Assembly (NCBI GenBank): GCA_045612665.1
Contig: JAZKZO010000013.1
Span: 4,184-68,183 of the forward strand
Direction: 5' to 3'
DNA from: Eubacteriales bacterium
GTDB lineage: Bacteria; Bacillota; Clostridia; Oscillospirales; CAG-272
DNA: 64,000 nt
Shown here in pieces: positions 39,721 to 49,475 of this stretch. Below the pieces are notes generated by a model. That model saw only the letters and a list, made by a program, of their open reading frames with translations. It made no database searches and had not been told where the DNA came from. Each line of letters begins with the position of its first letter. Position 1 is the stretch's first letter. The translations under genes were made by a program, and so were the position numbers.

Positions 39721-39738
39721 TTGAAATTAAACAAATTT

Positions 39739-39770
39739 ACGGCTTGGTAGCAATCTACCAAGCTGTTTTT
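39739..39770 (+). terminator. Terminator after the Mrr-like gene
   Basis: acggcttggtag-caat-ctaccaagctgt-tttt. Confidence 0.8.
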
Positions 39771-39825
39771 CTTTTGTGTCATTTTTCTATTTGCCTAGAC
39801 ATATGATTTTTTTGAGGTGATTTAT

Positions 39826-40980
39826 ATGAATAAGATTAAGAAAATAGTAGCTTTATTTTTTGTCGTGGTTTTTTCTTTTAGTCTATGTATGAGTGCTTTT
39901 GCGCTTGACATTAAGGAAACAAAGCTTGAGTTAAATGGAAAAAGCGCGATTTTAATGGATGCGACAACAGGGACGGTGTTATATGAAAGCAATGCCGACG
40001 AAAGACTTTCTCCTGCTTCGGTTACGAAAATTATGACCTTGTTGCTCGTTTTCGAGGCGATTCAAGGCGGATCGCTTAAATGGGACGATATTTTAGTTGT
40101 AAGCGAAAATGCGGCTTCCATGGGAGGCTCACAGGTGTTTTTAGAGCCCGGTGAGAAAATGTGTGTTGAGGATTTGATCAAAAGCGTTATTGTAGCTTCA
40201 GCAAATGATGCCGCGGTAACTCTTGCTGAGCATGTAGCTGGTAGTGAAGAAGCGTTTATTGAGGCTATGAATAAAAGGGCATCCGAGCTTGGAATGGAAA
40301 ATACTAAATTTGAAAATGCAACAGGTCTTGACGATGATACATTGGACCACAAAACAACCGCGAGAGATATAGCTATAATGTCAAGGGAGCTTTTGAAGCA
40401 CGAAAAGGTAACCGATTACACCACAATATGGATGGATACCATAAGAAATGGAGAATTCGGCCTTGCAAATACAAATAGACTTGTTAGATTTTACCGTGGT
40501 ATAACAGGCTTGAAGACAGGCTACACATCCGAGGCAGGCTATTGTATAAGTGCAAGCGCGAAAAGGGATAATACACATCTTATTGCAGTTATAATGGGAG
40601 CTGAAAGCTCGGATCTTAGAAACGTGTCTGCTACAAAGCTATTAGATTTTGGCTTTGCAAATTATTCAGTATACACTGAAAAGGGATCAAAAACGGAGCC
40701 TGTACGTGTTCATGGTGGTGAAAAGGATACAGTAGCGACTACATATGACGAATTCAAGACTCTTGTTAACAAATCAAATATTGGAAAAATTGAAACCAAA
40801 ATAGAGATGGACGAATATATTGAAGCTCCTGTAAAAAATGGTGATACTGTTGGCAAAATTATATATTCTGTAAATGGTGAAATTATAGGAGAAGCACCTA
40901 TATTTTGTGCCGAAGACGTGGGGAAAATAACCTTTATTGATTATGCATTCAGAATATTGAAAAAATTTTTATTAAAATAG
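39826..40980 (+). CDS. D-alanyl-D-alanine carboxypeptidase (DacF/DacB type, S11)
   Basis: Signal peptide; PASVTKIM (SxxK), SAN, LKTG; 'EEAFIEAMNKRASELGM' and 'WMDTIRNGEFGLANTN' are typical of DacF. Confidence 0.9.
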   Translation: MNKIKKIVALFFVVVFSFSLCMSAFALDIKETKLELNGKSAILMDATTGTVLYESNADERLSPASVTKIMTLLLVFEAIQGGSLKWDDILVVSENAASMGGSQVFLEPGEKMCVEDLIKSVIVASANDAAVTLAEHVAGSEEAFIEAMNKRASELGMENTKFENATGLDDDTLDHKTTARDIAIMSRELLKHEKVTDYTTIWMDTIRNGEFGLANTNRLVRFYRGITGLKTGYTSEAGYCISASAKRDNTHLIAVIMGAESSDLRNVSATKLLDFGFANYSVYTEKGSKTEPVRVHGGEKDTVATTYDEFKTLVNKSNIGKIETKIEMDEYIEAPVKNGDTVGKIIYSVNGEIIGEAPIFCAEDVGKITFIDYAFRILKKFLLK

Positions 40981-41071
40981 CAAAAAGTTGCTTAAAAAGT
41001 GTTGAATTTTCGGGACAAATGTAGTAATATTATAAAAGATATTTAAAAATTGTCTTGGAGGAATTAGAAAA

Positions 41072-42409
41072 ATGACACTTTCATTGAATGACAAATTCGT
41101 TAAGGATTACGTAACTGAAAATGACATTGAAAATATAAAGGATGAGGTGTATTCAGCACAGTCTGTTCTTATGAATAGAACAGGCGAGGGAAATGATTTT
41201 CTCGGTTGGCTTGATCTTCCTGTTAATTATGATAAGGAAGAGTTCGAAAGAATTAAGAAGGCTGCTGAAAAAATTCAAAAGACCTGCGATATTTTGATTG
41301 TAATCGGTATTGGTGGTTCATATCTTGGTGCTCGCGCTGCGATTGAGTTCATCAAATCTCCTATTTATAACAATCTCAAAAAGGATACGCCTGACATTTA
41401 TTTTGCAGGTAATTCGATTAGCTCTAGCGCGCTTTCCGATCTTCTTAAAATTTGTGAGGGAAAGGATATTTGCGTAAACGTTGTTTCAAAGTCCGGAACT
41501 ACAACTGAGCCTGCTGTTGCTTTCCGTATTTTCAGAAATCTTCTCGAAGAGAAGTACGGCAAAGAAGGCGCAAAGGAAAGAATTTTTGCTACAACTGATA
41601 AGTCGAAGGGAACTCTTAAGAGCTTCTCGGATGATGAGGGATACGAAACATTCGTTGTTCCTGATGATGTAGGTGGAAGATTCTCAGTTCTTACCGCAGT
41701 TGGACTTTTGCCAATTGCCGTTGCTGGAATTGACATTGATGCGATGATGAAGGGCGCAGCTGATGCAAGAGAGCAATATTCTGCTATTGATATTAGTAAA
41801 AATGATGCTCTTAGATATGTTGCTATAAGAAATGCGCTTTACAGAGGCGGAAAATCAACTGAAATTCTCGTTTCATATGAGCCTGCAGCACAAATGCTTT
41901 GCGAATGGTGGAAGCAGCTCTTTGGCGAGAGCGAGGGCAAAGACCAAAAGGGTATTTTCCCATCGTCTGTAATTTTCTCAACTGACCTTCACTCACTTGG
42001 TCAGTTCATTCAAGATGGTTCCAGAATTATGTTCGAGACCGTTCTTAACATTAAAAAGTCAAATGATACAATAATCATCCCTGATGATCCTAACAATATT
42101 GATAAGCTTAATTTCCTTTCGGGCAAGGAGCTTGAATTTGTAAACGAGAAGGCAATGCTCGGTACATTGTTTGCTCACTCTGACGGAAACGTTCCTAATA
42201 TTGTTATCGATATCGAGGATAGAAGTGCGTACACATTCGGAAATCTTGTTTATTTCTTTGAATATGCTTGTGCTGTTTCGGGATATACTCTTGGTGTAAA
42301 TCCTTTTAATCAGCCCGGTGTTGAAAGCTACAAGAAGAATATGTTTGCTCTCCTTGGCAAGGATGGATACGAAGAATTGAGAGCTGAACTCAACAAGAGA
42401 ATGGACTAA
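41072..42409 (+). CDS. pgi: Glucose-6-phosphate isomerase
   Basis: [48 protein letters not shown]. Confidence 0.97.
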   Translation: MTLSLNDKFVKDYVTENDIENIKDEVYSAQSVLMNRTGEGNDFLGWLDLPVNYDKEEFERIKKAAEKIQKTCDILIVIGIGGSYLGARAAIEFIKSPIYNNLKKDTPDIYFAGNSISSSALSDLLKICEGKDICVNVVSKSGTTTEPAVAFRIFRNLLEEKYGKEGAKERIFATTDKSKGTLKSFSDDEGYETFVVPDDVGGRFSVLTAVGLLPIAVAGIDIDAMMKGAADAREQYSAIDISKNDALRYVAIRNALYRGGKSTEILVSYEPAAQMLCEWWKQLFGESEGKDQKGIFPSSVIFSTDLHSLGQFIQDGSRIMFETVLNIKKSNDTIIIPDDPNNIDKLNFLSGKELEFVNEKAMLGTLFAHSDGNVPNIVIDIEDRSAYTFGNLVYFFEYACAVSGYTLGVNPFNQPGVESYKKNMFALLGKDGYEELRAELNKRMD

Positions 42410-42418
42410 AAAACATTG

Positions 42419-42446
42419 AAAGCGGGCGATTTTAATCGCTCGCTTT
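42419..42446 (+). terminator. Terminator after pgi
   Basis: aaagcgggcgat-ttta-atcgctcgcttt. Confidence 0.75.
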
Positions 42447-42581
42447 GTTGTTTTTGGTTAATTTTAATGAAAATTCCTAAAAAACCTTAAAATTTTATAC
42501 ATTTTTAACAAAAAGTATTGATTTTTTCAAGCGTTTAATGTATAATTTAATTACAGAAATAATATTCGGGAGGATAATAAA

Positions 42582-42989
42582 ATGACGAAAATTATTATTG
42601 GAGTAAAAGGAACCGGAAAGACAAAGGTGCTTATTGATATGATCAATGCAGCTCTTGATTCTTCAAAGGGTTCTGTTGTATGTATTGAAAAGGGTGATAA
42701 CCTCAGATTGCAAGTTAGCCATAAGTGCAGACTTATAAATTCTGATGAATATATGGTGGAAGATGCGGAAGCACTTTACGGATTTATTGCAGGTCTTTTG
42801 GCAAGCAACCACGACATAACCGATATGTTTATTGATGCTACATTTAGAATTTGCAAGAGAGATCTCGCTGCATTTGAGCAGTTTGTGCTCGAGGCCGATG
42901 CTCTTACAGCTAAGCTTGGTGTAAACCTTGTTATGACTGTTTCTATGCCAGCTGAAAATGCAACTGATACAATTAAAAAGTATCTTTAA
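42582..42989 (+). CDS. Small conserved P-loop protein, function unknown
   Basis: Walker A GVKGTGKT, Walker B-like MFID; own TTGATT-17-TATAAT promoter, RBS and terminator (42999-43027). Confidence 0.8.
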   Translation: MTKIIIGVKGTGKTKVLIDMINAALDSSKGSVVCIEKGDNLRLQVSHKCRLINSDEYMVEDAEALYGFIAGLLASNHDITDMFIDATFRICKRDLAAFEQFVLEADALTAKLGVNLVMTVSMPAENATDTIKKYL

Positions 42990-43119
42990 TTAAAAACGAA
43001 GCCCTCAATGAAAATTGAGGGCTTTTCTTTTGCAAAATATGACAAATTTTGTTATAGTGCATAGTATATTATGGAAGGCGAGAATATCGTTTCTTCAATA
43101 AATATAGGAGGTTAACCTT

Positions 43120-43974
43120 ATGCCTGATAACAGAATTTGTCAGTCCTCTCATAGCAAGGAGTGCATTTGTATTGACACAAATAGAGTGCTTGATTCCTGT
43201 AGAGATAAGGATTGCTTTGAAAATGTAAAGGTGTATCTCACCGATTTTGGTGAAGAAATAATAGAACGCACCTGTAATATTCGCGTTAAGCATGCGAGCG
43301 TTGTTTGTGCGTATATCGATATTAACGAGGTTCCGTTTAATAGAGGATTTTATCAGTTAAATATTAAGATATACACAAAGATATGCTTTGAAGCCTGCAT
43401 TAGTCCGTGCAATATTCAGGAGTTTGAGGGAATTGCGGTAGTTGAAAAGAAAGTAATTCTTTTTGGAAGCGAGGGCAACGTAAAGGTTTTCAAGAGCGAG
43501 GTAGGAAAGAGTGGCTTCTGTGCCGATCTTCCTTGTCAAGCGCCTGCGTCAACCAATCTTCCAATTGCGGTTATTGAAACAGTAGATCCAATCGTTTTGG
43601 ATACCAAGATAATCGAGCCAAGAGTATTTCCGTGCTGCTGTCCCTGTTGCATAGATGATATTCCAGAGCACGTGCGTGGATGTGTTAACGGAAATCTTTG
43701 CGCAAGAGATGAAAAATCAATCGTTGTGTCACTTGGATTTTTCTCGGTTGTTAGAATTGAGCGCCCTGCACAGCTTTTGATTAGCGCTACAGAGTACAAT
43801 ATTCCTGAAAAAGAATGCGTTGTTGCTCCTGAAAATGATCCATGCAAGCTTTTTAAGGCTATGTCGTTTCCAATCAACGAATTTTCACCACCAACTATTA
43901 ACACATTTCCATCCTGTGGTCCTTGTCATAATAAGCAAGAACCACCACATAAGGGTGGATGTGGTTGCTCATAA
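43120..43974 (+). CDS. Cysteine-rich spore coat/exosporium protein, CsxA-like
   Basis: 25 Cys in 284 aa (counted); CIDTNRVLDSC..KDC, VSLGFFSVVRIERPAQLLI and DPCKLF..M.FP echo clostridial CsxA as I recall it; sporulation-type CATAGTATA upstream. Confidence 0.55.
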   Translation: MPDNRICQSSHSKECICIDTNRVLDSCRDKDCFENVKVYLTDFGEEIIERTCNIRVKHASVVCAYIDINEVPFNRGFYQLNIKIYTKICFEACISPCNIQEFEGIAVVEKKVILFGSEGNVKVFKSEVGKSGFCADLPCQAPASTNLPIAVIETVDPIVLDTKIIEPRVFPCCCPCCIDDIPEHVRGCVNGNLCARDEKSIVVSLGFFSVVRIERPAQLLISATEYNIPEKECVVAPENDPCKLFKAMSFPINEFSPPTINTFPSCGPCHNKQEPPHKGGCGCS

Positions 43975-43976
43975 AG

Positions 43977-44008
43977 AAAAAAGCTCTTACAATTGTAAGA
44001 GCTTTTTT
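43977..44008. terminator. Bidirectional terminator (fully palindromic)
   Basis: aaaaaagctcttac-aatt-gtaagagctttttt between convergent genes. Confidence 0.9.
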
Positions 44009-44564
44009 ATAGGTTTATTATGTGATTAGCATACGTAGATGCTTCGTCCTGATTGTGCGATATAATTATAGTTGTTTTATTTTTCAAAAAGTCGAAAACT
44101 CTAGGAATGATGCGCTTTTTCATATTTTCGTCAAGTGCCGAAAATGGCTCGTCCATCAAGAAAATATCGCCGTTATAGATAAGTGCTCTGGCAAGAGAGA
44201 GGCGCATTTTCATTCCGCCTGACAGTTCGCTTGGATATGATGCTTGTTCATCTTCAAGCTCAACAATAGAAAGTGCCTCTTCAATTGACATATTAGAATG
44301 ATTTTCTATTATTTCGAGATTTTGGCGGACAGTTAATGCGTCAAAAAGTCTTGGTTCTTGAAAAACGCAGCTGATTCGATCAAAGTACTTCGAGATTTTG
44401 CCTTTAAATTCCTTGTCAAGCCCTGCAATAATGCGTAAAAGAGTAGTTTTTCCCGAGCCACTCTCTCCCATTAAGAAGGTTGTTTTTTGCTCGGGGATTT
44501 CTATTGAAAAATCATTAAATACAACTTTATCGCCAAAGGATTTATATATGTTATTAATTTCCAT
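44007..44564 (-). CDS. ABC transporter ATP-binding protein (NitT/TauT type, minimal NBD)
   Basis: GESGSGKT, LSGGM, DEPF, ISH. Confidence 0.93.
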   Translation of the reverse strand: MEINNIYKSFGDKVVFNDFSIEIPEQKTTFLMGESGSGKTTLLRIIAGLDKEFKGKISKYFDRISCVFQEPRLFDALTVRQNLEIIENHSNMSIEEALSIVELEDEQASYPSELSGGMKMRLSLARALIYNGDIFLMDEPFSALDENMKKRIIPRVFDFLKNKTTIIISHNQDEASTYANHIINL

Positions 44565-45336
44565 TTTTCTCTCCTTTTGGTAAAGCGATATATTTTTTGA
44601 AGGCTACTTTTATAAGCTTTGTAAAGGCAAATTCTAAGGCAAGGCTTAAAATAACGACTGTAAGCGTCCATGCGAACAAATCTACGTACTCAATGTACGT
44701 TTTTGAGTCGAAAATAGCTTTTCCGATAGATCTCATAGGTGTACAAAGCACTTCGGCGGCAATTCCTGCTTTCCAACCAAGTCCAATAGATGAAAGAAGT
44801 GCAGAGGTAAAATGCGGAAGCACGCTTGGAATATACAACGATGAAATCATCTTTTTTCTTGGAATATTGTAGATTTTACATACCTCTAGCATATTTTTAT
44901 CTACGCTTTTTATTCCGCCGTAAACGTTGGCGAAAACGATAGGGAAAACCATGAGTGCGGAAATTACGATTGGAGTTGTATTGTTGCCGATAAAAATCCA
45001 CACAAGAATGATAAATGAAGCCACAGGAGTAGATTTGATAACCGTTACAAGTGGATATAGAGTTTCGTACAAAAGCTTAGAAAAAGAGCATAATAGAGCT
45101 GTAATACAGCCTAAAATTATAGCAATTACAATTCCAAGACTAACTCTACCAAGGGATAAAAGCGTATTTTGCCAAAACATCTTGGTAATAGATAACTCGA
45201 AAAGCTTTATAAACACGTCGATTGGTGAGGGGAAAAGAAGTGGCTTGCCAATAATAAGCGAAGCCACCTCCCAAACCATAAACCAAAACAGTACAATCAA
45301 AAATATTTTAAGTGGCTTTTTTAAATTACGCGCCAT
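44554..45336 (-). CDS. ABC transporter permease (NitT/TauT type)
   Basis: STPVASFI, EAA-loop region YGGIKSVDKNMLEVCKIY, GLGWKAGIAAE; ATG 45336 overlaps the SBP stop. Confidence 0.92.
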   Translation of the reverse strand: MARNLKKPLKIFLIVLFWFMVWEVASLIIGKPLLFPSPIDVFIKLFELSITKMFWQNTLLSLGRVSLGIVIAIILGCITALLCSFSKLLYETLYPLVTVIKSTPVASFIILVWIFIGNNTTPIVISALMVFPIVFANVYGGIKSVDKNMLEVCKIYNIPRKKMISSLYIPSVLPHFTSALLSSIGLGWKAGIAAEVLCTPMRSIGKAIFDSKTYIEYVDLFAWTLTVVILSLALEFAFTKLIKVAFKKYIALPKGEKNGN

Positions 45337-46297
45337 AGTAGAAATCGTCGCCTGGGATGGCGTTTCCAATGCTAGCGGGAGCAACAGCATTCATTGCTTC
45401 AAGGAAGTTTTGCATAGCATTTTTCATTTCTTTGCCGTCCAAATATGCAATATTGCACTTTGGGATAGCATTTTTTGCAACGTTTTCGTTTGCAAAGATT
45501 CCGAACTCCTTGATTGAAGCAGCAGCTGATTCTGGGTCGTCGTTTACGGCATCAATTGATTTTTTGTATTCCTTCAAGAATGAGTTTACGCTACCGGGAT
45601 ATTCGTTTGCGAACTCTGTTCTAACAACTACACAGCCTTGAACGAGCTGCTTGCCATCTGAGATTTTATCCCATTCAGAAGTCAAATCAAGTGCTACCTT
45701 TACGTTTGCATTGCCGGATTTTGCGATTGTAACCATTGGCTCGGGGAGAACCGCGATTTCGACAGTACCCGCCTTTACTGCATCACGAAGAGCATCGGGC
45801 TTTGCATATTTTGTGGAATCAACAGTTACTTTTCCGTCAAGACCATTTTCTTGAAGAATATATTTTGTTATAAAAAGAGGATTTTGTGCAGGGCAGTAGA
45901 TGGTTTTGCCCTCAAGATCTGCCATAGAGTTGATTTCAACACCGTTTGTTACTACGTAAAGGACTCCAAGAGTGTTGATTGCGATTATTTGAACACCACC
46001 GTTGGTTTTGTTATATACGTTTGCAGCAGCATTTGTAGGAAGAGCAGCAATATCTATGCTTCCGTTTATAAGTCCTGCAGTAACGACTGTTGGATCGGTT
46101 TCAACCGAAAAGTCGTAATCGTTTTTGGTGTTGCCAAGAGAATGCTCCTTCATAAGAGGTGCCATTCCGAAGCCTGTAGTTCCGTTTAAGGTTGCAACCT
46201 TGATTTCACCGTCAGTTTTTTTGCCGCACGATGAAAGTGCAAATATTGATACGGCAACTAAAATCATTGCCAAAGCCAAAGAAAGAATTTTTTTCAT
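45326..46297 (-). CDS. ABC transporter substrate-binding lipoprotein (NMT1/MqnA-like class)
   Basis: Lipobox LSSC; DIAALPTN, INTLG, VLPEP motifs. Confidence 0.88.
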   Translation of the reverse strand: MKKILSLALAMILVAVSIFALSSCGKKTDGEIKVATLNGTTGFGMAPLMKEHSLGNTKNDYDFSVETDPTVVTAGLINGSIDIAALPTNAAANVYNKTNGGVQIIAINTLGVLYVVTNGVEINSMADLEGKTIYCPAQNPLFITKYILQENGLDGKVTVDSTKYAKPDALRDAVKAGTVEIAVLPEPMVTIAKSGNANVKVALDLTSEWDKISDGKQLVQGCVVVRTEFANEYPGSVNSFLKEYKKSIDAVNDDPESAAASIKEFGIFANENVAKNAIPKCNIAYLDGKEMKNAMQNFLEAMNAVAPASIGNAIPGDDFYYGA

Positions 46298-46300
46298 TTT

Positions 46301-46933
46301 TTATACCTCGCATAATATTATTTCTTTGTTATTTTTTATTATTAATCCGTCTTTTTCAAGCTTGTCAAATGCTCGATACAAGGAAGCGCGCCCTATACCT
46401 ATCATTTTTGCAATTGCTGAAAAGTCGGTTTTTAATACGATTTTATTATCAGTTCTCGGTAGCTGAAGAAGATATGAGTATAGCTTATTTTCGGCAGTTT
46501 TTGCCGTGTAAGCATCTATTTTTAAATTTAGAAAGCTTATTTTTTTAGCCAAATATTCAATATAATTTGATGCGATTTTGCTATTATATTCAATGCAGCT
46601 TTGAATGAAGGCGCGATTTAAAGATAAAATTTTACATTTACCGGTAGCCACAACCTTTGTTGAATAATGAGTATCATCGAATAGAATAGCCACTCCGTAA
46701 ATATCTCCGCTGGAGAGTTTTTTTATTATTACTCCGTCATCTCCGGAAAAAATAGATGCCTTACCGGATATAAGAATACCGATTTTTTTATCCGTTTCAG
46801 AGCTGAGCATTATTTCATCTCGCTCATATTCTAGAAATTCGGCACCGATAAAGGAACAACAGTGTTCTATGTCTTTTTTAGAGATGCCTTTGAAAAGAAA
46901 AATGTTAGAGAGTATTTCGTGGATTGAATCCAT
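46301..46933 (-). CDS. Crp/Fnr family transcriptional regulator
   Basis: cNMP-binding domain (GILISG...GDIYG), C-terminal HTH (FSAIAKMIGIGRASLYRAFDKLEKDGLI); RBS gaggtg before ATG 46933. Confidence 0.9.
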   Translation of the reverse strand: MDSIHEILSNIFLFKGISKKDIEHCCSFIGAEFLEYERDEIMLSSETDKKIGILISGKASIFSGDDGVIIKKLSSGDIYGVAILFDDTHYSTKVVATGKCKILSLNRAFIQSCIEYNSKIASNYIEYLAKKISFLNLKIDAYTAKTAENKLYSYLLQLPRTDNKIVLKTDFSAIAKMIGIGRASLYRAFDKLEKDGLIIKNNKEIILCEV

Positions 46934-46947
46934 ATATTCACCTCTTG

Positions 46948-46969
46948 AAAAGTGTATCATTTGATACAC
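46948..46969. promoter_or_regulatory. Perfect dyad operator, TGTAT-N6-ATACA (Crp/Fnr spacing)
   Basis: AAGTGTATCA-TT-TGATACACTT, immediately downstream of a minus-strand TATAAT (46970-46975). Confidence 0.75.
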
Positions 46970-47079
46970 TTATTATAAATTATTTTTCTTTATTTGTCAA
47001 TATATTTTGCTTAAATATCTTGATTTTTTCATTGAAATAAGATATGATTATATTGATAAATAATAAAGGAGATAAAAAT

Positions 47080-48093
47080 ATGGCAATTTTGGTAACTGGT
47101 GGAACCGGTTTTATAGGTTCTCATACCGTTGTACAGCTTTTAAATGATGGCAGAGAGGTTGTTATTGTTGACAATCTTTGCAACTCAAAGCTTTGTGTTC
47201 TTGATAGAATTAAGACTATCACGGGTAAGGACGTTAAATTTTACAAGGCGGATTTGCTTGATTTTGAAGCTATAGATAAGATTTTTAAGGAAAATGATAT
47301 TGATTCTGTAATTCATTTTGCAGGTCTTAAGGCAGTTGGTGAAAGCGTTCAAAAGCCAATGCTTTATTATCACAATAATATAACAGGTACACTCAATCTT
47401 ACAAAGGCAATGGCTGATAACGGATGCAAGAGAATTGTATTTTCTTCCTCGGCTACTGTTTATGGAAATCCAAAGACAGTTCCAATCAAGGAGGATTTTC
47501 CTCTTTCAACCACTAATCCGTATGGCGAAACAAAGCTTATGATTGAAAGAATTCTTTCGGATATCGTAAAATCAGATCCTGAATGGAGTGTTTCTATTCT
47601 TAGATATTTCAATCCTATTGGAGCACATGAAAGCGGATTGATTGGCGAAGATCCAAAGGGAATTCCTAATAACCTTTTGCCATATATCGTTAAGGTTGCG
47701 TCCGGAAAATATGATCATTTGAGCGTTTTTGGAAATGATTATAACACACCTGATGGAACTGGAGTTCGTGACTACATTCACGTTGTAGATCTTGCAAATG
47801 CACACCTTAAAGCACTTGATAGAGCGGCTAAGGTTACAGGAGTTGAGCACTTTAACATAGGAACGGGCAACGGATATTCCGTTCTTGATATTGTAAAGGC
47901 TTACGAAAAGGCAACAGGGCTTACTGTTAAATACGAAATAGTGGCTCGTCGTCCCGGAGATATTGATGCTTGCTATGCCGATCCTACCAAGGCGTATGAG
48001 ATTCTTGGATGGAAGGCACAATATGATATAAATAAAATGTGTCAGGATTCTGCAAATTGGCAAAAGAAAAATCCTGACGGATACGGTGAATAA
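47080..48093 (+). CDS. galE: UDP-glucose 4-epimerase
   Basis: [46 protein letters not shown]. Confidence 0.97.
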   Translation: MAILVTGGTGFIGSHTVVQLLNDGREVVIVDNLCNSKLCVLDRIKTITGKDVKFYKADLLDFEAIDKIFKENDIDSVIHFAGLKAVGESVQKPMLYYHNNITGTLNLTKAMADNGCKRIVFSSSATVYGNPKTVPIKEDFPLSTTNPYGETKLMIERILSDIVKSDPEWSVSILRYFNPIGAHESGLIGEDPKGIPNNLLPYIVKVASGKYDHLSVFGNDYNTPDGTGVRDYIHVVDLANAHLKALDRAAKVTGVEHFNIGTGNGYSVLDIVKAYEKATGLTVKYEIVARRPGDIDACYADPTKAYEILGWKAQYDINKMCQDSANWQKKNPDGYGE

Positions 48094-48094
48094 T

Positions 48095-49147
48095 ATGATT
48101 GAAAAGTCTTATTTTGATAAAATGCCATCCGGAGAGGATATTTTCGCATATACGCTAAAAAATTCAAGCGGATCAAGCGTTAAAATCATCACTTTGGGTG
48201 GAAGAATTAACGAGATAAACGTTCCTGATAAAAACGGAAATTTGGCGGACGTTATTTGTGGATTCGATAATGCAAAGGATTATCTTTCTGACAGTGCATA
48301 TCAAGGCGCTCTTATAGGACGTTTTGGCAACAGAATTGCCGATGCAAAGTTCACTCTTGACGGAGTTGAGTATAAGCTTTATAGAAATAACGGCAAAAAT
48401 CATCTTCACGGTGGAGAAAAGGGCTTCGATAAAAAGATTTGGAATGCTAAATCTTGGCAAATCGGCTCTGAAATGTTCCTCGAGCTTTCAATTATAAGCG
48501 AGGATGGCGAAGAAGGATATCCCGGTAAGCTTTTTGTTACAGTTTTGTATTCATTTAACGATGAAAATACGCTTTCTATAAATTATAAGGCTACAACCGA
48601 TAAAAAGACTGTTGTAAACCTTACAAATCACGCGTATTTTAACCTTGGCGGATATGATAGTGGCAATATTATGAATCATACCTTGTGGCTTGATGCCGAC
48701 AAGTTTACTGAAACCGATTCTGAACTTATTCCAACCGGCAAGGAGCTTGACGTAGCAGGTACAGCCTTTGATTTTAGAAAAGAAAAGCTTATCGGCGCAG
48801 AAATTGATGCTGACGATGTGAATATTAAAAACGGACAAGGCTATGACCATAATTTTGTGTTAAATTTTGACGGTACAGTTAAGCATTTTGCAACTCTGAA
48901 GGATACCGTATCGGGACGCGTTATGAAGGCTTATACAAATCAGCCTTGCGTACAAATTTATGCCGGAAACTGTATAAATTGCGATGATCCTTGCTTTAAA
49001 AAAGGCGTTAAACAGGTAAAACGCTGTGGAATTTGCCTTGAAACTCAGCATTCGCCTGATGCACCAAATCAGCCTGATTTTATATCTTGTGAGCTTGATA
49101 AGGGTCAGCTTTACGATTATACAACCGTATTTAAATTTGAATTTTAA
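48095..49147 (+). CDS. galM: Aldose 1-epimerase (galactose mutarotase)
   Basis: GRFGNRI, HLHGG, GYPG, NLTNHAYFNL, GYDHNF, CLETQ. Confidence 0.95.
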   Translation: MIEKSYFDKMPSGEDIFAYTLKNSSGSSVKIITLGGRINEINVPDKNGNLADVICGFDNAKDYLSDSAYQGALIGRFGNRIADAKFTLDGVEYKLYRNNGKNHLHGGEKGFDKKIWNAKSWQIGSEMFLELSIISEDGEEGYPGKLFVTVLYSFNDENTLSINYKATTDKKTVVNLTNHAYFNLGGYDSGNIMNHTLWLDADKFTETDSELIPTGKELDVAGTAFDFRKEKLIGAEIDADDVNIKNGQGYDHNFVLNFDGTVKHFATLKDTVSGRVMKAYTNQPCVQIYAGNCINCDDPCFKKGVKQVKRCGICLETQHSPDAPNQPDFISCELDKGQLYDYTTVFKFEF

Positions 49148-49148
49148 T

Positions 49149-49177
49149 AAAAAACCGCATTTTTATGCGGTTTTTTT
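49149..49177 (+). terminator. Terminator after galM
   Basis: aaaaaaccgcat-tttt-atgcggtttttt. Confidence 0.85.
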
Positions 49178-49214
49178 CATATGTTATATCGAATACTAAT
49201 TTTTGGGAGTCGAT

Positions 49215-49475
49215 ATGATATATTTTTCAAGCATTGATGAAAGATGTGAAAAAATGGCACAATATCTTATAGATAACAAGGCGACTGTTCGAGAAACAGC
49301 AAAAAGGTTTGGAATAAGCAAATCAACTGTACATAAGGACCTCACGGACAAACTATACAAAATAAATCTTTTCCTTTATAATGAGGTTGATAAGATTTTG
49401 CAAATGAATAAATCGGAAAGACATATTCGAGGTGGCGAGGCGACTAAGCAAAAATACATAAAGGAACGAAATTGA
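49215..49475 (+). CDS. spoIIID: Stage III sporulation protein D
   Basis: ATVRETAKRFGISKSTVHKDLT...NKSERHIRGGEATKQKY. Confidence 0.96.
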   Translation: MIYFSSIDERCEKMAQYLIDNKATVRETAKRFGISKSTVHKDLTDKLYKINLFLYNEVDKILQMNKSERHIRGGEATKQKYIKERN

